From Azolla caroliniana (lineage: Eukaryota; Plantae; Polypodiophyta), in NCBI GenBank assembly GCA_043228905.1, contig JBHGNT010000020.1:4836001-4900000 (forward strand): 64,000 nt of DNA, in the 5' to 3' direction. Below, piece after piece: positions 48,882-60,315 of this stretch. Both the position numbers and the translations under genes were made by a program. The stretch's first letter is position 1. Each line of letters starts with the position of its first letter. The notes beneath the pieces were generated by a model, which was not told where the DNA came from, made no database searches, and saw only the letters and a list, made by a program, of their open reading frames with translations.

Positions 48882-50984
48882 CTCACCATTGAAGACGAAG
48901 GATCAGGTACTATCCATCTTCAAGGAGCTCCATGTGAGAGTGGAAAGAGAAACCAATCGGAAGCTTAAGGCGGTTCGAGCGGATAATGGAGGAGAATACC
49001 GAGGGCAGTTCAAGGAGTACTGTCGGTCGAAGGGGATCTGGCTCGAATTTACCGTGCCGAAGATGCCGGAATTGAACGAGTTGGCCGAAAGGATAAACCG
49101 GACCATAATGGAGAGAGTCTGAAGCATGCTCGCACATGCCAAGCTACCCAAGACGTTTTAGGCTGAGGCGCTGTCGACGGCGACCTATGTCATAAAAAGA
49201 TCACCCTCAGTACCCTTGGACGGAGACACACCTCAGAAAGTATGGCCTGGTAAAGATGTCTCTTACCAGCATCTGAAGGTGTTCGGGTGTCTCACATATG
49301 TGCATGTGGTGAAGGACAAAAGAGCAAAGATAGATCCGAAGTCCAGGCCATGCATATTCCTTGGATACGGCGATGATGAGTTCGGTTACTAGGTGTGGGA
49401 TCTGGTCGACAAGAAGGTGTTCCGGAGTCGGGACATAGTCTTCATGGAAGACAGGACCATTTCCGACTGGGAGTCGGAGAAGGTGATGAACTTCGGATCA
49501 TTCATTGAAAACCAGCTTGAGGACACATGGACTTACCCGGTTGAAAATCGGACGCTAGCGGGTAACCGGATGACACTCGAAACCGGCCAGATATGGACAG
49601 GAAACCGAACCAATCGAAGAAGAAGACAACAAAACCGGACAAGATCCTGAATTGGATGAGGACGAGGAACAAACGGAGGAACCGGCTGTCAGAAACCAGG
49701 GACAGAGATATCCTCTCTGAGAGAGAAGAGCCCCCCAGAGATTTCCGGATGCAGAACATGTGTTGTTAACCGATGAGGGGGAGCCGGAAAGCTTCGAAGA
49801 AGCAAAGCAAGACACCCATAGCCGCAAGTGGTTGAGTGCCATGCAGGATGAGATGGATTCCCTGCATGAAAACCACACATATGAACTGACGGAGTTGCCG
49901 AAAGGGAAGAGAGCACTCGGGAACAAGTGGGTGTACAAGTTGAAACTGGGAGATGCCGAAAATCCACCCAAGTATAAGGCCCGAATTGTGGTGAAGGGCT
50001 TCCAGCAGAAGAAAGCAGTGGATTTTGATGAGATCTTTGCCCCGGTAGTAAAGATGACATCCATCCGAACGGTATTAGGCATAGTGGCAAGCATGGACCT
50101 CGAGGTAGAGCAACTGGACATCAAGACGACATTGCTACATGGAGACCTCGAAGAAGAGATCTACATGCATCAATTGGAACGATATGAAAGGAAAGGGAAG
50201 GAGCACCTGGTGTGCTGGCTGAAGAAGAGCCTATATGGACTGAAGCAAGCTCCCCGGCAATGGTACCAGAAGTTTGACTCCTTCATGACTGACCAAGGGT
50301 ACCACAAAACGCAAGCCGATCACTACGTGTTTGTGAAGAAATTTGACAGAGGAGATTTCCTAATACTCCTCCTATATGTGGATGATATGTTGATCGTCAG
50401 ACGAGACCCAGGCAAGATTCGGATGCTGAAGAAGGGTTTGAACCAGACCTTCTCAATGAAAGACTTGGGGCCGGCAAGACAAATACTGGGAATGCACATC
50501 ATCCGGGACCGGTCGAAGAAGCTGTTGTGGCTCCCGTGGTTTTACCCTATTAGGGTTTTCCACGTAAACATCTTGTGTTCCCTCCTTAGTTCCCATTTCT
50601 ATGTTCTCCATTCTCATCGAAGTGTTCAAGACACGGTTGTGGCCGAGCAATATTCCACACTATTTCTCGATAGATAATGGGATGTAGGAGTGATTTACAC
50701 ACCTCGGGTGCTTAATTGAGGAAGGGGGCCGGATAATTTCATAAGGGCGCCGAGACGGGAGGATGCTAATCCTCGACACCAATAACGTCGGCACCGCTAT
50801 GTTCGCAAAGGGTCCGAAGATCGAGTCAGATATCGATCTATGGCATAAGAGGATAGGCCACATCAACTACTGGAGGCTTGACAACCTGCAATCAAAACAA
50901 GTTGTTTTCGGATTGCCAAAATTTAGTGGCCAAAAGGCCCAAATTTGTGTAGCCTGCCAGCTTGGGAAGCAACACCGACTTCCG

Positions 50985-53900
50985 TGTTACCCTGTACGAG
51001 ATGTACGGAGAGTCAAGTGTGATGAGCAAGGGTCGAATGTTATCATGATGTTGTGTATGTGTAGGGGGTATAAATGTAGTTGTGAGTCTATATGTATGTG
51101 AACACATGCACACGTGTGTGCATGTGGATGGATACGAGGAGGTGTGAGTGAGTGTCCAGTATGAATGCTCAATGGGGCTTACACCCCTATGTATCTACCC
51201 CATCTTATACTATTTAACCCCTTACGGGGAATGAATGAAAGGGATCATTTTTCTCTCTCAATCTCTCTCTCTCTTGTCATCTCTCTTTCTCTCTCTCTCC
51301 CCCTCAACGTTGAATCCCCTTGGGAGGGGGGTGGAGCCATTCTAGGCACCACCCCCCACCCCGCAATGCTTCTCAATGCACATGATCTCTCTCGCCATCA
51401 ATCCCATACTCTCCATCATCATCATAACCACCATGTCTATCTTTATCATGATTATCATCGTCCTTAACCCTGACCCTAAAACCTATAACACCTTTTGGCG
51501 ACCACTAAGGCGACCCCCCTTTGGAGACGAAGTTGAAGAATAATACGCAGCGAACAATGATGCAACCCTCATCAGCATGAGAAGTCGAATCGACGATGTG
51601 CGAGAACTGGTGGAAATATGAGAAAGAACAATGGCGTGATGACTATTCGCTGCAAAAGTATGCAAGAAAAGCGACAAATGATGACAATGATGTGCAGAAG
51701 AAGTCGGAAATGGAAGATTGACTGATGCACAATTCCACAACGAATTAATCTCTATATGTGTATGCTTTGTTTGGTCTGTTTTTGTCCTAAATGTTCGAGA
51801 CATGTTGCCAAAGATGTACAAAAACGATGACAATGCATGAGAGGAAGTCGCGAAATGATGGCATTACGTGAGTGTGCGAGAATAGAAATGACAATGTGCA
51901 AATGTGCGGTTAGCAATGGCATGTGTGTGCAAGAAAGTGTGCTGCAAGAGACAACCATGATGGCCAAGACAACCGACAACAGGATGGAGATGCCGGAAAG
52001 ATGTTGCCGGACAAGCAATCAGAATAACCAGAATGGACGGACATGCCGGACAAGGCGACGGATGACGGCCAAAATAGCAACGGTGTTCGGAAGGTTGCAG
52101 AGGCAAACGAAAAGACACAGCAAAACCGACTGTCGGAACGAGCCGGGATAAGACGGTTCAATGGCTAGAAAAGCGACATCAACAGAGGAAACGGTCGGAG
52201 ACGACCAGAGATGGAGTCCGCCATACAGCCGGCCAGACGGGCCGAACAGTCGGAACGGTGACGGAGCCAGGACGACGATCAAACGGTGGTGGCCACATAC
52301 CAACGGCTAAAGTGGTGGCGGACCAACAACGGCCAAGTTAGACAGAGACAGCCGAATGTGTCGGACGACAGAGATAGCCGGACTTACTACCGGACATCAG
52401 CGGAAGAGTAACCGGAGAAGCGGTCGGACGGGCCAAACGGGGCAGACAGTGGAAAGAGCGGCCAAAAGGGCCGGTAACCGGTCAAAATAGCTGGACAGTG
52501 GCTAGAGCAGCTGGAGCGGTCGGGGAAACGAAGGAGGCCAGACAACAAGCGGCGGCGGCGGCGGCGGCAAAAAAAAAACAGCAACCGGACAGACAGCCGG
52601 AGCGGCCCGAGAAGCGGCTGGACAACGACCAGAACGGTGACACCACACCGAAAAGCGACGGGAATGGCCGGAGAGCCGACGGCCTGAACGGTGATGACGC
52701 TGAAACGATGGGCCAGACAACCGAACAGTGGCTAGAGGGCCAGAAAGACAATACGACTCTGAAGTGGCCGGATAGTAGTTGGAGCGGTCGGACAGGAGCC
52801 AGAGAGCCGGAATGGCCGGACAGCAACGGCCACATCGGCAGTCGAACGTCATCTGGTCGTAAAGAATAAAGACAGCCGAACAGAGATGGCAGACCAGAAA
52901 ATGGCCGGACAGGGCTGACAAAGACGACAACGACGCCAAAAGATGGTAGAATAACAACGGAAAGCGGCGGCCGGACAACCACGTCCGAACAGCAACGGTG
53001 ACAGAGCTAGAGACGGAAACAAAAACAAAAACAGAGATCAAGATGGAGATGAATAGAGAAGGCCGTACAGACACAACGACACACATCAACAGACAAGAAC
53101 AGAGCGTGACAGCCACGGACAATGGACATAGGGGTGGTGAAAGAAGGAAGAAGAAACCGAAAACAGAGATGAAGGAAAGAAAGAGAGAAGGGAAGAAGAA
53201 ATCGAAAACACAGAGAAAGAGACGTTGAAGAAGAAGAAGGAAGGAATCGGAGGAGATAGACAGTTGAAGAAGAAGAAAACAAGAAGAAGAAGAAGGAAGG
53301 AATCAGAGGAGATAGACAGATAGAAAGGAGGGAAACGACAGAAACGAGGAAACAAGAAAAGAAAAAAGAGGGAAAAAGAGAATGATAAGGGGCATTCGAG
53401 GAGTTTTCAAAACCTAAGGGCATTGTCATTCGTTTAGTAAATTTGAGGCTAAAAATACCTAAATTTAAAAACTTATCCACCTAAAGAAATGGAAGTGATC
53501 AACCACGACAACCCACACAAAAATCAAAGGAAGAACACACATACATAAAACATATTTTTGACGACTCGAATGATTTTACGAAGTTCGTAAGTCGACAGAA
53601 CGAGAATGTTCGTGTCGCGGAAGATTTGCTGACCGACAAAGATGTTCGAGTCAAGCACTTCAATCGAGGGAGTTGATCAATGAAAGGACCGATGGAAGTT
53701 CCGGTCGAAGAAATATGATCATCAAGGCATGTGGGATCGACGTGCAAGGCACTTTCCCACGGGCGTGCCATATTGTGTTACCCCGTATGAGATGTACGGA
53801 GAGTCAAGTGTGATGAGCAAGGGTCGAATGTTATCATGATGTTGTGTATGTGTAGGGGGTATAAATGTAGTTGTGAGTCTATACGTATGTGAACACATGC

Positions 53901-54282
53901 ACACGTGTGTGCATGTGGATGGATACGAGGAGGTGTGAGTGAGTGTCCAGTATGAATGCTCAATGGGGCTTACACCCCTATGTATCTACCCCCTCTTGTA
54001 CTATTTAACCCCTTACGGGGAATGAATGAAAGGGATCATTTTTCTCTCTCAATCTCTCTCTCTCTTGTCATCTCTCTTTCTCTCTCTCTCCCCCTCAACG
54101 TTGAATCCCCTTGGGAGGGGGGTGGAGCCATTCTAGGCACCCCCCCCCCACCCCGCAATGCTTCTCAATGCACATGATCTCTCTCGCCATCAATCCCATA
54201 CTCTCCATCATCATCATAACCACCATGTCTATCTTTATCATGATTATCATCGTCCTTAACCCTGACCCTAAAACCTATAACA
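50985..54282 (+). mobile_element. Non-autonomous LTR retrotransposon (TRIM/LARD-like, 3.3 kb); TSD TTCCG
   Basis: LTRs 50985-51490 and 53776-54282 differ at a handful of sites. PBS TGGCGACCAC at 51496. Interior is low-complexity and non-coding. tRNA-like motif at 53730-53770. Confidence 0.93.
53730..53770 (+). other. tRNA-3'-half-like motif in place of the PPT (non-autonomous element)
   Basis: TGTGGGATCG-ACGTGCAAGGCACTT-TCCCACGGGCGTGCCA, then TATTG, then the LTR. Confidence 0.85.
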
Positions 54283-55211
54283 TTCCGTTCCCCACCGAAA
54301 GAAACCAGAGTTGTAACAAGCTTGATCTAATACATTCAGATGTATGGGTACCGCCAGGGAATGTTCGTCTTGGTGGGAGCCGATATTTCGTCTCCTTCAT
54401 CGACGACTATAGTCGGCACACATGGATCTACCTCATCAAGAAGAAAAATGAAGTTTTCGATTGTTTTCGGAACTTGCTGAGTTTACTCGAATGGAAAACA
54501 GAAAGGAAGATCAAGTGTCTGCGATCAGATGGTGGGAAACAATACTTTTCTAGCCAATTCAACAATTATCCGCACCAAATGGGAATTCGGAGAGAATTTG
54601 GTTGCAGATACACACCAAAACAAAACAGTGTGGCTAAATGGAAGAACCAGTCAATCGTGGAGGCAGCACGGGCAATGTTGGAAGAGAAGAGCATGCCCAA
54701 GTTCAACTTGGCCGAAGCAGTCCGGACGACCTTCTACATCCAAAACTGAATCGGGGATAAGATGCCAACACACGAGCTGTATTTCGGGCGGAAGCCGAAT
54801 TTAAGGCACCTTAAGATATTCAGTAGTATTTCATAGGTGCATGTGCCAGAAGAGAAGTTGAGAAAGTTGGACCCGAAGTTGGAGAAGTGTATCCTTGTTG
54901 GGCTACTCCCATGATCAAAAGGGTTATAAGTGTTATTACCCTCGAACAAAACAAGTTTGAGTGAGCCAAGATGTCGAATTTGATGAGTCAACATCATGGT
55001 ACTCTCTACTAACTCCAATGTCCGACTCCGACCCGATACCAGAGGATGAGGCCAGTGAGCCCAAAACGATCTGAGTGGAAGATGACGCAGGATTCAGTAC
55101 TCTAAATGAGAGTCCGATCTCATTTCGATTGAGGGGGGCGAATGAAGCGCTAAGTCTGAAGGACTAGAAGGATGATGAGACGGGGAGCAATGAACAATTA
55201 GCCGGGGAGCC

Positions 55212-56385
55212 ACATGAAGATATGAGTTTAAAGAACAAGAGTATAACGAAGAGTTTAAGGAAATCGAGAAGTATCTACAAGCACCATGGAAGGAAGGAAC
55301 TTGGAGTCGGAGAAACTTCTCAAATTTCCGAAAGAAGGCACACCGATTTTTTTTGCATCAAGGTTAGTTTTGGAAGCACCCAGAGTATAAAATGGGAAAT
55401 CCACAATGGGTATCTGTGACCAAGTGTAGTGGGAGCAGATATTAAAGGAATTACATGACGAGGAGTGGGTTGGACACCGTGGAGTGTAGGCAACATTCAA
55501 TAAAATAAAGGAAAGATATTGGTGGCCAGGATTCTACAACGAAATCATGAGGTATGTTGAGACATGCCCAACCTGTCAAATCTACTCCAACATTAAGCAT
55601 AGAGATGAGTTGCACCCAACCTATTCACTGACTATACATTACAAGTGGATGGTTGATATAGTGGCAATGTCAATGGGGCAGGTCAAAAGAAGTTCTTGGT
55701 ACTCACTAGAGAAGACCTTACAAATCAAGTTGAAGGAAGAGCACTAAGATCGAAGACCACATCGGTAGCATGTCAATCCATATTAGAGGATATAGTATGT
55801 AGATATGGGTGTATAGGAAAGATAGTGGTTGATAGAGACGAGCTCAATTCTAATGAAGCAAGACAGTTCTTTCATAGAATTGGAATTCGGTTATCATTGA
55901 CAACAACATACAATCCTAAGGGAAATGGAAAGATAGAAAGAGGTCATAGCCCAATAGTTAAAGCACTTGCAAAGGCATGTAAAGGTAAAGTAGGTAATTG
56001 GCCGAAGGTCTTGCCATATGCATTGTGGGCGGATAGGACCACACACAGTTTTGTGACAGGATATATGCCGATAGAGCTCACAACAAGACAAAGGCCAATG
56101 ATGCCAATTGAAGAGAAGATTACTACATGGGCAATGCTATCATGGGAGTTAGAGATGAGTAGAGAGGACTTGCTAGTTGTTCGTATCCGACAACTACAAT
56201 GTCAAGCAGAAGATGTAGAAAAGGCTGCTGAGAAATTGAAGGAAGCTCAGATAAAGAACAAAGCAAGATTTGACAAAGTAAACAGATTAAAACCACGAAA
56301 GATTCAAGAAGGAGATTGGGTGTGGGTATTGGATAGTGGCCTCGAGAACCAGTACAGTACAATGAGGAAGTTCGCAAAACGGTGG
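55212..56385 (+). pseudogene. Gypsy family D integrase fragment
   Basis: Close paralog of 63013-64000; ends at RKFAKRWF. Confidence 0.88.
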
Positions 56386-56395
56386 TTTAGGGTTT

Positions 56396-57213
56396 AGGTT
56401 TTCATCTTCTCTTTTGATGTAGAATCCCTTTATCCTAGCATCCCCCCTAAGTTAGGACTCGAAGACTTTGCCATATCATCTCCCCCCATTTTTCCTTAGC
56501 CAAGACGAATCTTATCTATACCCTTAGCGCTCTAACCCTAGAGTATCACTACTTGACCTTCGATAAGCAAGTATACCAAAAAATCAAAGGAACAACCATG
56601 GGTAGCAACTTCTCAGTTGTCTATGCATGCCTTTTCTTATCACACCTAGAAAACTCACAAACCACACCCCAACTCTTCTATTTTACTAGGTACATTGATG
56701 ATGCATTCAAGGTTTGGACAGGTACGAAACCCCAACTCTTAGACTACCTCAGTTTCTATAGCCTTATGACCAATAACTCTATTAAACTTATGATCCATAC
56801 ATCCCCCACTAGGCTCCCATTCTTGGATATTTGGATCAATCTAGAGAACTCTAAGTTCTCTTTCAATTGTTTCCAAAAACCATTAAATTCCTATCAATAT
56901 CTTCCCTTCTCTTCAGACCATCCCATACATGTCAAACAAAATTTTATTTCGAACGAATTAAAACGCTACCTAGTTAGAGAAAGCACACCTATAGGGTACC
57001 TAGAAATGAAAAAACGTTTCTTCCTTAGACTCATTAGCCGAGGTTACCCACCAAATTTCATCCTTAAATCCTTTAAAAAACATCATTTCTCCCTTAGGAA
57101 TACTCTCATCCATAAGCATAAAAATAAATCTTCCCTTACACCTACCATATTCAAGCTTAGGTACTCTAAAAACTCCCCTAAATTTCCTATAGAAAGAAAT
57201 TTCCTATATGGAG
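56396..57213 (+). mobile_element. Penelope-like element reverse transcriptase fragment
   Basis: FDVESLYPSIP, KGTTMGSNFS, RYIDD, LPFLD, YLPFSSDHP and RLISRGYP are PLE-type RT and thumb motifs. Frameshifted near the 5' end; no endonuclease visible. Confidence 0.85.
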
Positions 57214-59153
57214 CTTGTGACGAGGAGCATGTGCAAATTTTTGGTTCGTGAATTGGAGTTTCAGAGGCCAAGATACAAGCTTCGGAAGGATTAACGTTAC
57301 TGGGACACAAATGTAATTATGTCAAAAGGGTAGTCAAAATTAAATGATAGTTATTTCTATAATTTCTCAAATGTACAACTACAAAATCGAATTTGTAGAA
57401 TCAATCAATAAAATATAAATAAATAAATAAACAAATAAAAATACCAACCGCCTCAAGAGGGTGGTAGGGTGGTTGACCACCCTATATAAGCCACGCCCAT
57501 GGTGCCTAAAGGGGGAAGAAGGGGAAGAAGGAGAAGAAGAGGAAGGGAAAGCGAGTGAAGAAGCTCGTGTGGGTGTGGGATGTAGAGCTTACCAACGAAG
57601 ATGGTGGCCTGCATAAATCAAGACAAGAGTTGAAGAAAGGAAAGGAAATACAAGAAAAGGAAGAAGTTGGCGTGGTGTATGTCATACGCCTCTTTGTAAA
57701 CAAAAGGTTGTTTGTTCAAATCCTTTTAGAACAACTTCTTTTGGTAATCAAATTTTGTAATATAAATTTAGTATATATAAAGTGAATGAGAAAGACAAAT
57801 AAATAAAAACCAAAGAGGTTGAAGTGGTCTATCTGAAACGCTTCTTCTCAAAAAGAGTTTGTGAGTTCAAGTCTTGCCAAGTAACCTTTGGCAAATAAAT
57901 ATTGTATGTGGTTGTTTTACAAATAAAATTCTTTTCGCGACAACGTCGCATTTATATTGCCTTCTCGGCGTCTTGTCATCGCATCATCTGCGATTACACC
58001 TTGTCACCCTGATCATCCCCGAGTCACAGAACATCGGCAGTTGCGACACACAACCACAATCTTCTCGACACAAATTTGGTGAACCCGATGTGAAGTGTCG
58101 TTAACATGGGGAGTTTCGGAGTTAAAGTTTTCCAAAGAGAAGGTCGAAAAATCAAAGAAAATGACGGATAAATGTGCCAACACAGAGATGGCAAATAAGG
58201 GCTTCAATGAAGAGATGGCAAGTTTCATGATGACGACGATGAATCAGATGCTTCAAGAGCAAACTGCAATGAACCAGATGGAAAGTGAGTTAACGCTCGC
58301 CGTACAAATAGTCATCGAAAGGGTAAGCAAATTTAATGGCGAGGACGTCATTTAGTTCCTTGAGTTCTATGAATACGAGATGGCCAATAGAGGGGCAACC
58401 GGGGTACAAATGAACACTTGATGTCTGAGCGAGGGTAACAGAATTAACAGAGAAATTCCGTGAAGATTGGGCCGGGTTTCGTCAAGCATTGCTTGATGAA
58501 TATATGCTAGACGACCGGACCAGAATGTCAAAGAAAAGCTTTCTTGAATGGACCGAGAAAGGGGTTAAAGGACTCTCAATTTCAGAATTGTTGAGAGAGT
58601 TTGAGAAAAGATATAATGAGCTCTCAGTAAGAGACCAAGAACTACTACAATCAAAGAAGGTGGATTTATTCGTCCGAGCGGGAGATAAATCTTTTAGAAA
58701 AGATATCACCATCCTTCTAGAAGACCGGACAAGCACAACCGGTTTGGTGTCCGATTGGGCGGAAGTACTTGAGGCTTGTTGAGTACTAAGAAGGAGGGCG
58801 CTAAGGATGGAGGATGGCTATGACAATAGAATAAAGACAACAGTTAGAGAACATCCAAAACAAGAATCAGGAACTCGAACGGATGTTAGGAAAGGAAAGG
58901 AGCCAGAATCTGCGATTGATGAATTGATAAAGGGAATGCGGGATCTACAACTCAAGTTCACAAAACTTAGAAGGGTGAAAGCTCAGGTGTTCGACAAAAG
59001 ACCAATGAAGGAGAAAAGAGTGAATTCATCCGCCGATGCATATGGTGCGATAGCACAGAGCACCAAAAAAGGGATTGTCAAAGCCATAAGGGAGCATTAG
59101 AAAGAAATGTTATCTTCTATCAAAATGGAAAAATCCAAGCCTCGGACACCCGA

Positions 59154-60315
59154 TGTCGTGAAAATCTGTCACTATGTGCAGATCGTGAGGCGGAACCGCC
59201 GGGTTCTAGACTAGAAGGATTTAGTGCAACACGTATAACACAAGCAATTCACATATAAGACGAGTAGATGAGAGAAAACATTCGTTTATTGCATAAGAAA
59301 ATAGATTCTTTTATAAATCAAGAATCTTGTTACAATGGGTTGGAGATGAAAATGAGAGATAAATTTTTTAAAGAAAGGAGCCAACAACCATATAAGGAGT
59401 GGTCCAATATGAATATGTGAGATTATTCCTAAAAGGAAGGAGCCAACAACCATATAAGGAGTGGTCCAATATGAATATGTGAGATTATTCTTGAAAGGAA
59501 GGAGCCAACAACCATATAAGGAGTGATCCAATATGAATATGTGAGATTATTCTTGAAAGGAAGGAGCTGACAACCATGTAAGGAGTGGTCCGATATCAAT
59601 ATGAGAGAGATTTCTTCCCCCAAGGAATGTGAGAGAGAAGAAGAAAGGAGGGGGAAAAAAAAAGTTAGAGGGAAAAAATGGGACATATATCAAGCTCTTT
59701 GTTGATCCTCCTCCCCAATGTTACTTTGCATGTCCACTTTTAGTTGCATGGCGTCTACTTTTAGTTACATGCTTCCATTTTTAGATGTATGCCTTTTACT
59801 TTTAGTTGTATGGCCTTGGCTTTTGGTTGCATGCGACTATCCGTATAATTCGGCCAAATGACACAATCATCCATAAAGTTTAGCCCGTACGCAATTCGTA
59901 CGTGCGTCGCAACCAAACTGTAGACGCGTCCACGCGCAAAAGTCCCGACCGCATACGTGCATCACAACCAAACCGTAGACGCGTCCACGCGCAAAAGTCC
60001 CGACCGCGCAATGTATGCATCCACGCACGCGCGCACATCCAACCCGCACCGTGTACGCATCCACGCGGCCATGCACGTGTACGCCCAAAAACGTCCACGC
60101 AGTCACCTTGAACATTCTATGCTCCACATATTGATAGAATGAATATGTTTTGGTTTCCCTTATATATCCTGGGTTCCAATGTTGTCCTATCTATGTGGGA
60201 TATCTCACAATTTTGTCTTTTCTTTTCTTTTTCTACAAACTTCACACTCACATAACTTGATACTTGTTTATCTGTTTCATGCGTAATAAAATACACTATG
60301 AAACTCTTGAAGACA
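59154..60315 (-). mobile_element. Solo LTR related to the C LTRs, antisense in D gag
   Basis: Its left end is close to the reverse complement of the C LTR 3' end. TG...CA termini. No clean TSD, and adjacent gag sequence is deleted. Confidence 0.75.
59374..59610. repeat. 62-bp tandem repeat (~3.7 copies) inside the solo LTR
   Basis: The CCAACAACC core recurs at 59381, 59443 and 59505, with a variant at 59567. Confidence 0.92.

Larger units (their letters stand above)
37032..50672 (+). mobile_element. Ty1/Copia element W (Tnt1/Tork-like), degenerate, with only 143-bp terminal repeats; host of B2
   Basis: Repeats at 37032-37174 and 50530-50672, degenerate Met PBS at 37178. gag, CCHC, WVVDSGAS, integrase split by B2, and RT (LYGLKQAPRQW, LYVDDM) ending before RNase H. 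Confidence 0.88.
50673..55190 (+). mobile_element. Ty1/Copia fragment V (GAG-pre-integrase and integrase); host of the non-autonomous element
   Basis: LWHKRIGH...CQLGKQHRLP|FPTERN...IHSDVW...FIDDYSR...CLRSDGG, degenerate. Confidence 0.85.

Noticed and set aside
35141-50680. Copia Z (minus) ends and Copia V (plus) begins at about the same codon, suggesting one inverted element
   Set aside because: The junction bases (GACTA vs GATAA) do not form a TSD and the adjacent LTR ends belong to different families, so coincidence cannot be excluded.
51500-53720. ORFs inside the non-autonomous element
   Set aside because: They are short, low-complexity frames from CCGG/GA-rich repeats with no recognisable domain.
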